Shown: positions 1 to 11,990 of the stretch, in pieces
How the letters are laid out: each line of letters starts with the position of its first letter
Position numbering within the stretch: position 1 is the stretch's first letter
Assembly: GCA_900617105.1 (NCBI GenBank)
Contig: UYFQ01000675.1
Span: forward strand, 1 to 53,172
Length of the DNA: 53,172 bases
Source: Hydrurus foetidus
Taxonomy: Eukaryota
Direction: 5' to 3'
The notes under the pieces: generated by a model
The model's input: only the letters and a program-made list of their open reading frames with translations
What the model was told of the DNA's origin: nothing
Databases searched by the model: none
Translations under genes and position numbers: made by a program

Positions 1-244
1 AGCAGTGCAGTGCAGTGTGGTGTCATAAGACGGTATGGGCGATGCATGAACCTGACAGTGCGGCTGCTACATGGCGTATAAAAGAAATAACAGCAACCGG
101 ATTATATTCGACGAGGAGCTTGTAGGAGGAATCGATTTATTGTGAGTGTGGGCCGACGATGGTGAGAGAAGGAGACGATATTTAAGAGCCCTGCAGAAAG
201 GGGTGTTAAATGCGAAGCAGGTACGGGATGATTGTCGGTGCGGT

Positions 245-3200
245 TCAGATGAGACCAGGTACGCATCCTGTTTGATTGGCGTTTACTTTGGTGCCCAGTG
301 GACATTCACGACAGCCTGTGTCTTGGAAACCAGAGTAGGTTCCTTCTGCACACTTCAGACACTCCGCAGGCTGGCTGTACTGGTAGTACGGGTTGACAGG
401 GTACGCTTGTCTGAAGAAGGATGGCTCGCAGTACACACACTTCGTCCTCTCATCTGTCACCACCATGGTTAACGGACAATCCTTACAGAATCGCTCTCCC
501 TCAGGTACGTACGTATTCACTACGCACTTGCGACACGGATGCACGTAGAATGGCCCCTGTCCCTTGCCGCACTTCATCGTACATTTCCCAGCATACGCAT
601 CTCCTTCAGTGCACTCAACGCATTTGCGTTTGACCTCATCGAAGTAATCTCCGAAAGGACACGTAACAGGAGGTTCCGTACGAAGTGGTGTAGGTGCGGG
701 AGTAGAAGCGGGTTTGCGACTACGAGTAGGTGCGGGAGTAGGAGCGGGGGTGCGACTACGAGTAGGTGCGGGAGTAGGAGCGGGGGTGCGACTATGAGTA
801 GGTGCGGGAGTAGAAGCGTGAGTAGGTGCGGGAGTAGGAGCGGGGGTGCGACTATGAGTAGGTGCGGGAGTAGGAGCGGGGGTGCGATTGTGAGTAGGTG
901 CGGGAGTGGGATAACGTGTAGGAGCGGGAGTTGCAGGAGGAGGAGGAGGAATAATTACACATCCTGTTTGGTTGGCGTTTACTTTGGTGCCCAGTGGACA
1001 TTCACGACAGCCTGTGTCTTGGAAACCAGAGTAGGTTCCTTCTGCACACTTCAGACACTCCGCAGGCTGGCTGTACTGGTAGTACGGGTTGACTTGGTAC
1101 GCTTGTCTGAAGAAGGATGGCTCGCAGTACACACACTTCGTCCTCTCATCTGTCACCACCATGGTTAACGGACAATCCTTACAGAATCGCTCTCCCTCAG
1201 GTACGTACGTATTCACTACGCACTTGCGACATGGATGCACGTAGAATGGCCCCTGTCCCTTGCCGCACTTCATCGTACATTTCCCAGCATACGCATCTCC
1301 TTCAGTGCACTCAACGCATTTGCGTTTGACCTCATCGAAGTAATCTCCGAAAGGACACGTAACAGGAGGTTCCGTACGAAGTGGTGTAGGTGCGGGAGTA
1401 GAAGCGGGTTTGCGACTACGAGTAGGTGCGGGAGTAGGAGCGGGGGTGCGACTATGAGTAGGTGCGGGAGTAGGAGCGGGGGTGCGACTACGAGTAGGTG
1501 CGGGAGTAGGAGCGGGGGTGCGATTGTGAGTAGGTGCGGGAGTAGGAGCGGGGGTGCGATTGTGAGTAGGTGCGGGAGTGGGATAACGTGTAGGAGCGGG
1601 AGTTGCAGGAGGAGGAGGAGGAATAATTACACATCCTGTTTGGTTGGCGTTTACTTTGGTGCCCAGTGGACATTCACGACAGCCTGTGTCTTGGAAACCA
1701 GAGTAGGTTCCTTCTGCACACTTCAGACACTCCGCAGGCTGGCTGTACTGGTAGTACGGGTTGACAGGGTACGCTTGTCTGAAGAAGGATGGCTCGCAGT
1801 ACACACACTTCGTCCTCTCATCTGTCACCACCATGGTTAACGGACAATCCTTACAGAATCGCTCTCCCTCAGGTACGTACGTATTCACTACGCACTTGCG
1901 ACATGGATGCACGTAGAATGGCCCCTGTCCCTTGCCGCACTTCATCGTACATTTCCCAGCATACGCATCTCCTTCAGTGCACTCAACGCATTTGCGTTTG
2001 ACCTCATCGAAGTAATCTCCAAAAGGACACGTAACAGGAGGTTCCGTACGAAGTGGTGTAGGTGCGGGAGTAGAAGCGTGAGTAGGTGCGGGAGTAAGAG
2101 CGGGGGTGCGACTACGAGTAGGTGCGGGAGTAGGAGCGGGGGTGCGACTATGAGTAGGTGCGGGAGTAGGAGCGGGGGTGCGACTACGAGTAGGTGCGGG
2201 AGTAGGAGCGGGGGTGCGACTATGAGTAGGTGCGGGAGTAGGAGCGGGAGTGCGATTGCAGTAGGTGCGGGAGTGGGATAATGAGGAGGAGTTAGGAGGA
2301 GGAGGAGGAATAGTTACACATCCTGTTTGGTTGGCGTTTACTTTGGTGCCCAGTGGACATTCACGACAGCCTGTGTCTTGGAAACCAGAGTAGGTTCCTT
2401 CTGCACACTTCAGACACTCCGCAGGCTGGCTGTACTGGTAGTACGGGTTGACTTGGTACGCTTGTCTGAAGAAGGATGGCTCGCAGTACACACACTTCGT
2501 CCTCTCATCTGTCACCACCATGGTTAACGGACAATCCTTACAGAATCGCTCTCCCTCAGGTACGTACGTATTCACTACGCACTTGCGACATGGATGCACG
2601 TAGAATGGCCCCTGTCCCTTGCCGCACTTCATCGTACATTTCCCAGCATACGCATCTCCTTCAGTGCACTCAACGCATTTGCGTTTGACCTCATCGAAGT
2701 AATCTCCGAAAGGACACGTAACAGGAGGTTCCGTACGAAGTGGTGTAGGTGCGGGAGTAGAAGCGTGAGTAGGTGCGGGAGTAAGAGCGGGGGTGCGACT
2801 ACGACTAGGTGCGGGAGTAGGGATAAAGGGACTATGAGTAGGTGGAGGAGTGGACTGAGTGGATGGAGCAGGGGTGGACCGTGAGGTGGAGGGAGTGGAG
2901 GTGGGTGGAAGAGTGGACAGGTGGATGGAGTGGATCAATAGGTGGAGGGAGTGGTGACCAGGTGGAGTAGTAGTGGAGTGGATAACGTGGAGTGGAAGGA
3001 AGACCGGAAGATGGATGGAAGCCTGGATGGAATGGAATGGTGGAGCCTGAGTGGAAGGCATTTGCGGCAAGATTCGTCGGGGTAGGGGCAGTAAAAGGAC
3101 GGAAGGCAATCTGAGCACAACAGACGTGTCGAGTCGAAGTGTTGCCCTGGAATGCAGGTGTGGCATTCTTTCTCGCCAGCCCCTGAATACGAGCCTCTTG

Positions 3201-3866
3201 GGCACTGCTTGCACTCGTCCACAGACCCATGGGAGTATGTGCCTATTAAGCAAGGTCTGCAGATGTTGCTATGGCGATCGGCGTATTGCCCAGCTTGGCA
3301 GACGGTACATGTCGACGATTTCGCTTTGGAAACCTTTCCTTTGCCGCATGGTTTGCATTTTTTCCAGTAGCTCTGCGAGTACTGTCCTGCGGGACAGTCT
3401 TCGCATGACAAGCTATCCTGGGTGAATTGTCCTGCAGGACAGCCGTGGCATGTCGTCTCGCCAGCAGCTGACCACGTTCCATCTGGGCACTCCTTACATG
3501 TACCAGCTAGATAATACCCCGCCGTGCATTTGAAAGTTTGTACTTCTGCGATTTATCAAGAAAGAGATCAGTGTGTGTGTTGCAGGAGTGATTGAACCGA
3601 ACTTGATGTGAGATTTGATCAAGATTCGGTACCTTCAGTTCCTACAGTTGATAAGCTCTCGCTCTTCTCCAAAATGACATCTTCTCCACCACGCACAGTA
3701 GAGAGACCTACGAGCAAACACATGTAGTCAGAATCTGACGATCATGATTCGGTGGTGATTGGCTATCTCGAGCAATTTCAAGTTGCCTTTGATCTTCGTT
3801 TCTGCTGGGGCCCTCACCTGTCAAGATTGTGCTGAAATAGATGCAGCAGATAACGAAAATCTTCAT
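245..3866 (-). CDS. Secreted Cys-rich repeat protein with Pro/Thr-rich linkers (GCC2/GCC3 or TNFR-like CxxCxxGxY repeats), copy 1; exons 3866-3818, 3707-3633, 3545-245
   Basis: Spliced N-terminus MKIFVICCIYFSTILTG|LSTVRGGEDV...GTE|EVQTFKCTAGYY is signal-peptide-like, with phase-consistent GT-AG introns. It runs in frame into ORF 2935..3411, then changes frame once in the garbled 2830-3055 tract into ORF 245..3253. No TM or GPI-like tail. Confidence 0.8.
260..2830 (-). repeat. Four near-identical intragenic modules (TEPPVTCPFG...ANQTGCV) separated by 12/36-bp Pro/Thr minisatellite linkers
   Basis: CGAAGTGGTGTAGG recurs at 681, 1377, 2049 and 2736 (periods 696, 672, 687 bp). The Cys blocks differ by only a few SNPs. 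Confidence 0.95.
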
Positions 3867-3973
3867 ATTGCGTTGCTACTTGCGCATGGATTGGCGTTCG
3901 GCGACGTGTGTCTTCTCAATTCTATACCATGTGGCTGCTGATGGAATCATCACTGCAATTGAGGCTGCACCTC

Positions 3974-4368
3974 TAACCTTCATAATCAAGATGCCAGATG
4001 GTTGCAAGAAATAATTCCGATTCGACTCCGAATTTTTGATTTTTGAGTCATTTTTCAGCTTTTTCAACTTGATAAGTTTTGAGATTCGGATTGAAAATTT
4101 CAATCTTTCTGCGTATCTTGTGACTTGTGAGGTTAAATCTTTTTCGGACTGTTCTATTCGTTACTTATTCTCAATGCAGTGATGCAATGCTGATATCATA
4201 AAAACGCCTGCGGTGCTCCTTTTTAGATTAGAAACTTTACGAAGCATTTTAAAACAGTACAGCTCTTCTCGTATCGAAAATCATAGTCAACTGAGAAAGT
4301 CAAAATCATAAAAGACTTTGATTCTCTTTCTGTTATAAGTGCAAGAAATAATGGGTGTGCTAGAGATT
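3974..4368 (+). repeat. 395-bp direct repeat, left copy (right copy 14438-14832)
   Basis: TAACCTTCATAATCAAG...GTGCTAGAGATT appears identical at both positions. Confidence 0.95.
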
Positions 4369-4431
4369 TGTTGACTTAACCATTCATGTTGACTTAACTG
4401 CAACTACCATGACGATCATTTCACTTCACAC

Positions 4432-4470
4432 ACAATTCACAATTCACAATTCACAATTCACAATTCACAT
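4432..4470 (+). repeat. (CACAATT)n heptamer microsatellite
   Basis: About five tandem copies, read directly. Confidence 0.85.
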
Positions 4471-4651
4471 CGTCAATTCATTCATCAACTCTACACATTC
4501 CACACAATCTTTCAAGTAATACTTAAGCAATTCTGTTTCTCATTCCGAGTTTCGGTCCAGTTCCGACAGTATGGATTGACCTTACTATACCAAAACCGAA
4601 AACCGAAACCGCTCTCCTTCGGAACTCAAAGCTCCAAGCCAAAGGCAGTAA

Positions 4652-6291
4652 GGTCGGTCCCAGTGGAGTACAAAATACAAAATACAAAATTCCTATTTTG
4701 TACCTCTTACTTGGATTCTCGATTGTAGCGGAGTACAAAATACAAAAAACCAAAAAAAAAGTAAATTTCCTGTTTTGTCGAGGTACAAAACAGGCCCCTT
4801 GTGACAAAATTCTTGAGTTTTTTTGTACCTCGATTGTACAGGTACATAATTAGAAAAAAATTATTTGTATTACTAACAACTCATCCTAATCGACATCAAT
4901 TCAACATCTGAAAATTGATTTGAGATGGAGAGGTTCACTAGTATCTTTGATGATGAAGGAATCGTCGTATTTGATAAATGGGCTGCGTATAAAAGGAAAC
5001 GAGATAGAAATGATGACGAGGAGGATCAAGAGGGTGAAGAAGAGCAGAAACAAGAGGTTGTTAAAGAAAAAAGACCATATGCTGCAAAGAACTATCAAGG
5101 GTATGATCCATTCCAAGCTGTGGAGCCGGAATGGCACCGAAGATATGTATCTCGAGTCGGTTGGTTCAAAAATAAAAGTCAATGCACCCAGATCAGGCGA
5201 CGATTCAGGATGCCCTACGCCGAGTTTCAAGATCTAGTGAAGCTGGCGAGAGAGCAGAAATGGTTTCCCACCTATGAACGACGGAATGCATGTAACCAAC
5301 CTGGGATTCCGTTGGATTTATTCATTCTGGGTGCTTTGCGCTATCTAGGAAGAGGGTGGATTTTTGATGATGTCGCCGAGGCTACAGGGGTATCTGAGGA
5401 GTCACATCGCATATTTTTCAATTTGTATGTCGAAGCTTGCAGGGAGTTTCTCTATCCCATGTGGGTGAAACGCCCAGAAACTGAAGAGGAAGTCAAAGAT
5501 CATATGTCAGAGTTTAAGGCGGCGGCGTTCGATGGGTGTATTGGGTCTGCAGATGTTACTCACATTATAATGGAGAAGTGCTATGTGCGCTTGAAGAATC
5601 AGAATCTTGGGGGAAAGGATTCTCATACAACTCGTGCATATCAACTTGTTGTCAATCACCGCCAGCAGATACTTGCAACAACTGTTGGCTTCCCGGGACG
5701 ATGGAACGATACTACTATAGTCCGATTTGATGACTTCATTACCGACATTCAGAGAAGTAATTATCTTGCTGACAATGTGTTCTCTCTGTATAATGAATGG
5801 GGTGTAGAGGAGAACTGCAAAGGTGCCTGGATTCTTGTTGATGGAGGGTATCCATCGTGGACCTCACTGATATGCCCTTCGAAAGAGTCATCTTCCGTCA
5901 AATGGCTCTAAGTTAATGTCTTTAACTCCTTGCATATCATGTATTGTATTTATTCATTCCTATTTTGTATCCGTTCGATTGTAGTGGAGTACAAAATAAA
6001 CATACAAAATTTTAAAATTTATTTATCGTTAAAATCTATTCACATAATTTAATTAGCAAGTTTCAACTTATATTATCATACTTTCGAAGCATGTTTATTT
6101 TTCCTTTTTTGTATCCTGATTTTTGTACCTCTCGATCGTAGTGGAGTACACAATAACAAAACCAATTGTAACAATGCAAGTTATAAATCAATTAAACACT
6201 ATGAGTAGTTCTCTTTTTCACCGTCCTCTTGCCTTCCTTGTTGCTGTTGCTGTTGCTGCTGCTGCTGCTGCTGCTGCTGTTGCTGTGCTGT

Positions 6292-6323
<32 letters not shown>

Positions 6324-7066
6324 CTGGATTTCTCTTGGTTGCTGTCCCTTTTGCTCCTGCTACTCCTGATGCTCATTCTGCCGCTGCTGCTTCCGCTGTT
6401 GCCAATGACGGTGTTGCTAGTGCGTTCACTGGGGCCTGAGCTGCAATCTTCTGTTTAACTTTACGAAGCTCGCTGGGGGCAGAGCTTTTGAGTCCAACAG
6501 GTAGAGATGGTTCCTTACTGAAAAGGTGAGTAGATGCTGATGGCACAATGGTAGGCTGATGCATTGGAATGGAGGATTGATACACTGGTTCAGGTACAGG
6601 TTCTCCATTAGATCCCAGAATGAACTCAAGTGTTTCTACATATGAACTCAAGTGGTCGGCATATTGATGATTTCCTTGACGGAATCTTTGGTAACACCGC
6701 TCAAAATCCCAAACCCAGAACCAAATTTATCTCCGTCCCATAAGACTTCATAGCGATTATTCCTATTCAACAGTTGGTTGACTTGACCAAGCTGGTCGCC
6801 GCCATCACCATGGTATAATCTATCAAGTGACAATCAAATTGATGAGTTCTTGAGAGGTTAAAATGCTATAATCAGAGTTTAAACAACTCACATTTCCATG
6901 TCTTCTTTCTGCGTCTTCTTTCTCCGAGCAGATCCCTCAATAATTGAGACATAGGCATTTGCAGCAAGAAGATACTGCAACGCCTTCAACTGGGGTGCTT
7001 TGAGTTTCTCGAGAAGTTTCTTCACGGACTTGGATTTGGCTTGCATAACCTTGTTTTTGACCATCT
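4652..7066 (+). mobile_element. Harbinger copy 1, internally deleted and lacking its right end
   Basis: Colinear with copy 2 except for two internal deletions. Homology stops just beyond the ORF2 start codon. Confidence 0.88.
4925..5911 (+). pseudogene. Truncated Harbinger DDE transposase
   Basis: GCIGSADVTHI and LVDGGY motifs are present. About 600 bp carrying the third catalytic motif (VECTFG..KGRWRIL) is deleted. Confidence 0.88.
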
Positions 7067-7917
7067 CTCCCACTCCGGTCTCCATTCCATTCTATGAGTC
7101 CTGTAATGTGTTCATGCTACCTTCCAATCTGCTGTGCTATCATGCTCACTCGATGCACTTGTCTCAAAGGCATGTGCGGTACGAGTTGTGAAGTGCTCCT
7201 CACTCTATTTCGGCTGCAGAAAAGAAGGGTGTTGCAGCGGGTGAAGGAAGGGGGCAGGGCGCCTAAGGCGGTGATGGTCCGGGGGGAGGGTCTCGGGTCC
7301 TGGGATGCGCTGACGCACAAACACACACACACAACAAACCACACTGTGATCTGTGATGTCTATGGCGATGGTGTGTGAGTAGTCGTTGTATTGGTCAATA
7401 TGATCCCTGCTGCTACTCCGCTGCATTTCACATGAACATCCTGTAATCTCCAATCGGAGCGAACCATTGATTGTGATTCATTTTTATGAAGAATTGAGTT
7501 AGATTTATGCGGGTTCAACGATTTAGTCGTTTACCCGCATTTCCGAACTGTCTATCTGCTTCTGCCAGTGTTATTGAGGTGGTATCAAAATATTGCTGCT
7601 AGGGTGCTGAAATTAGGTGGAAACTCAGAATATTCAAATCGTTCTTCAAAAATCAGTGGAGTACAAAATACAAAATACAAAATTCCTGTTTTGTACCTCT
7701 TACTTGGATTCTCGATTGTAGTGAAGTACAAAAAACAAAAAACAAAAAAAAAAGTGAATTTCCTGTTTTGTCAAGGTACAAAACAGGCCCCTTGTGACAA
7801 AATTCTTGAGTTTTTTTGTACCTCGATTGTACAGGTACATAATTAGGAAAAAAATATTTATATTACTAACAACTCATCCTAATCGACATCAATTCAACAT
7901 CTGAAAGTTGATTTGAG

Positions 7918-9509
7918 ATGGAGAGGTTCACTAGTATCTTTGATGATGAAGGAATTATCGTATTTGATAAATGGGCTGCGTATAAAAGGAAACGAGATAG
8001 AAATGATGACGAGGAGGATGAAGAGGGTAAAGAAGAACAGAAACAAGTAGTTGTTAAAGAAAAAGACCATATGCTGCAAGGAACTATCAAGGGTATGATC
8101 CATTCCAAGCTGTGGAGTCGGAATGGTACCGAAGATATGTATCTGGAGTCGGTTGGTTCAAAAATAAAAGTCAATACGCCCAGTTCAGGCGACGATTCAG
8201 GATGCCCTACGCCGAGTTTCAAGGTCTAGTGAAACTGGCGAGAGAGCAAAAATGGTTTCCCACCTATGAACGACGGAATGCATGTAACCAACCTGGGATT
8301 CCATTGGATTTATTCATTCTGGGTGCTTTGCGCTATCTAGGAAGAGGGTGGACTTTTGACGATATCGCCGAGGCTACAGGGGTATCTGAGGAGTCACATC
8401 GCGTTTTCTTCAATTTGTTTGTCAAAGCTTGCAGGAACTTTCTATATCCCATGTGGGTGAAACGCCCAGAATCTGAAGATGAAGTCAAAGATCATATGTC
8501 AGAGTTTAAGGCGGCGGCGTTCAATGGATGTATTGGATCTGCCGATGTTACTCACATTATAATGGAGAAGTGCTATGCGCGCTTAAAGAATCAGAATCTT
8601 GGGGGAAAGGAATCTCATACAACTCGTGCATATCAACTTGTTGTCAATCACCGCCGGCAGATACTTGCAACAACTGTTGGCTTCCCTGGACGATGGAACG
8701 ATACTACTATAGTCCGTTTTGATGACTTCATTACCGACATTCAGAGAGGAAATTATCTTGCTGACAATGTTTTCTCTCTGTATAATGAAAGGGGTGTAGA
8801 GAAGGACTATAAAGGTGCATGGATTCTTGTTGATGGAGGGTATCCATCGTGGACCTCACTGATATGCCCTTTCAAAGCGTCATCTTCCGTCAGAGAACAA
8901 AGGTGGTCAAGATGGGCCGAATCAATGCGCAAAGATGTTGAGTGCACCTTTGGTATAATGAAAGGTAAGAAATCAATTTCACTGTATTGCATAGCATATA
9001 CTTATCATATACTCCATAATTTAAATTCAACTTTAGGACGATGGAGAATTCTTAAGACCGGTGTAAGGATGCATGGTTTGGAGGTGGTAGACGATATTTG
9101 GTTCACTTGTTGTGCATTCCACAACATGTTACTGAATTGCGATGGACTGGATAGGAGATGGAATAAGGGGGTAATAAGTCCCTACCAGGGCGAACTGGGA
9201 TGGCATGCCCCAGGAGATACAGAAGCCTACTGTGATCCAATTATATTTCGAAGATTTCGTAGTGGCCGCCAGGGAAATAATCCACGTGCATTTGACTGCT
9301 CCACTCTGGAAAGTGATGAGATTAATCGTATTAACAAGGATGTAGGTGTTGATGATAATGATGTTATCAATGAGGTTCAAGAAGCAAGAAGTTTACAGAC
9401 TCTCTCTAATTTTAAGTTTCGTAACATATTAGTAACTCACTTTAATAAATTATGGGAGTTAGGAAAATTAATTTGGCCTTCTAGAACTGGTAAAATGGCT
9501 CTAGATTAA
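7918..9509 (+). CDS. PIF/Harbinger (HARBI1/DDE_Tnp_4-like) transposase; 72-nt intron 8965-9036; 1-nt frameshift in an A-run near 8060
   Basis: FRRRFRM motif, HTH-like LRYLGRGWTFDDIAEATGVSEES, catalytic GSADVTHI / LVDGGY / VECTFGIMKG|RWRIL, and TCCAFHNML. Splicing GTAAGA…CTTTAG restores the canonical KGRWRIL. Copies 1 and 3 have the extra A that keeps the frame. Confidence 0.9.
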
Positions 9510-9786
9510 TGTTTTTAACTCCTTGTATATCATGTATTGTATATACTCATACAAATTTTGTATCCGTTCGATTGTAGTGGAGTACAAAATAATTATACAA
9601 AATTTTATAATTTATTTATCGTTAAAATCAATTCACATAATTATATTAGCATGTTTTAACTTATATTATCATACTTTCGAAACATATTTATTTTTCTATT
9701 TTTTGTATCCTCATTTTGGGACCTCTCGATTGTAGTGGAGTACATAATACCAAAACCAATTTTAAACAAGGCATGTTATAAATCAA

Positions 9787-9835
9787 TTAAACACTATCAA
9801 TAGTTCTCTTCTTTACAGTCCTCTTGCCTTCCTTG

Positions 9836-9866
<31 letters not shown>

Positions 9867-11774
9867 TGGATTTCTCTGGGTTACTGTCCCTTTGGCTTAC
9901 GCTACTCCCGATGGTCAGTCTGCTGCTGTTTCCGCTGTTGGTATTGATGGTGTCCGCTAGTGTGTTCACTGGGGCTTCAGCTGCGATCTTCTGTTTAACT
10001 TTACGAACCTCGCTGGGGGCAGAGCTTTTGAGTCCAACAGGTACAGATGATTCCTTACTGAAAAGGTGAGAAGATGCTGATGGTACAATGGTAGCCTGAT
10101 ACATCTGAATAGAGGATTGATAGACTGGTTCTGGTATTGGTTCTCCATTAGATCCCAGAATAAACTCCAGTGTTTCAGCAGCCGTATGAGTAGAATCAGA
10201 TCGTAGAATAGAATTTTCATGTTGTAGGCTCCTCTCGATTATGACACTCGTTACAACCGTGGATGGTGGTTGTAATGGAGGATGAACCTGTCCCACTGGA
10301 TGGGAATTGCTGATAAGAGAATAATTCCTCTCAGTAGAGTCTTTCACAGTCTTCGATTTCTTCTTCTGTAGGGATGAGTTGGGGGCTACTGATTCCTCAT
10401 CTAAACGAAATGCGGTGGTAGTGTCTTCATCCTGATGCACCGTATGTTTTGGTTTGGAAATGACGACAGGAGTATCGTAGTCTGCTTGAGTGTCCTCTTC
10501 TTCGAACGTGGACATTTCCATGGCCCATTTATTGGCAACTTGGAACCAGTATGCACATTGGGACTCGTTCATCCTACTCCCATGTTTTTCCAGCATGGAG
10601 TTTGCAGCAGCATACCCATCTTGCGCCTTCATTCTCTTCTTGTGATGATCTTGAGAGTCCTGCATAATCTTGATCTCGGTTTTCTGCAAGTCCAAACGCT
10701 GAGACTGGAAATTACTCAAGCCTCGACCCTCGCCTTCGGTACTATGTAATTTAAGAGCGTATCAGTGAGAGGTTGAAATTTAAAATTAGATATGACAAAG
10801 ACTTACCGAACAAGGTCTGCAGCAGCTTTCTTTTCCTCTTTCATGGACTTGGTGTTATACATTCCCGTCTTGGCGTTTTCCTCAATTGACTCTGTATCAA
10901 TGCTAAAAACTGCCGATACAGGGAATCCATACGCTTCACATCCATAAGGACCAAGCAACATGAAAGTCACAAGAGCAGGAGGATTGTAAATCCTCTTTGA
11001 AACAAACTCCTTCTCATTGTCTTCATCATCCGATCCTTCGTCCTCAGCCTCAGGTTCCTCAGTATCGGATTCCACTACTCGTCTGTTCTTGAGAGGTTGA
11101 GTTAATACACGACTTTGAGATACTGGAGGCTCATCCTCCTCCTCGTCGTCATCAGTGTCATCTTCTTTCTCCATGTTGTGTTGATGCTCCGCTGTAACAG
11201 ACTCCTTACAGAATTCTAGAGCGTCCTCCTCATTTTTCCCAGACGGGAAACCACCGTTCCTTGTGTAGTCTGTCCAATACGCTAGTAAAACTTTGGCTTC
11301 TTTAATGCTCGCCTTTGCTTTAGACAGCAGTTGACGGCCAGTGATTCTCTTACGTCCAGACAAGGTCGGCATATTGATGATTTCCTTGATAGAATCTTTG
11401 TTAATACCGCTCAAAATTCCAAAACCAGAACCAATTTTATCTCCGTCCCATAAGACTTTGTACCGATTATTCCCATTCAATAGTTGGTTGACTTGACCAA
11501 GCTGGTCGCCGCCATCACCATGGTAGAATCTATCAAGTGACAATGAAATTGATGAGTTCTTGAGAGGTTAAAATGCTGTAATCAGAGTTTAAACAACTCA
11601 CATTTCCATGTCTTCTTTCTGCGTCTTCTTTCTCCGAGCAGATCCCTCAATAATTGAGACATATGCGTTAGCAGCAAGAAGATACTGCAACGCCTTCAAC
11701 TGGGGAGCTTTGAGTTTCTCGACAAATTTCTTCGCGGACTTGGATTTGGCTTGCATAACCTTACTTTTGACCAT
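9787..11774 (-). CDS. Harbinger second ORF (divergent, putative Myb/SANT-like DNA-binding partner), ~616 aa; exons 11774-11602, 11529-10807, 10741-9787
   Basis: Two GT-AG introns (72 and 65 nt) join three ORF-track segments in frame (1851 nt). It contains a PSGKNEED motif, an acidic tract, a coiled-coil-like segment and a poly-Ser tail, and it converges on the transposase inside the TIRs. Confidence 0.75.
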
Positions 11775-11990
11775 CTTGCGAAATTGAGGTGGTGGCAAAA
11801 TTTTTTAGAGGTTGCTAATTTGTGTTTTGTAAAATGATAACCACTACGAACGTGAGGTTTAAAAAAGAGACAAAACAGAGCTTTCGTATTTTGTCAACCA
11901 CTACAACCGTAGAGGTACAAAGTACAAAAATAAAAGTTCAAAAATTTCCGAATTTTGTATTTTGTAATTTGTACTCCACTAGGAAGGGCC

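Larger units (their letters stand above)
7654..11990 (+). mobile_element. Harbinger copy 2, near full length (~4.3 kb)
   Basis: Left TIR lacks its first ~9 nt. Right TIR is intact (…CTCCACTAGGAAGGGCC). Both genes are present. Confidence 0.9.
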
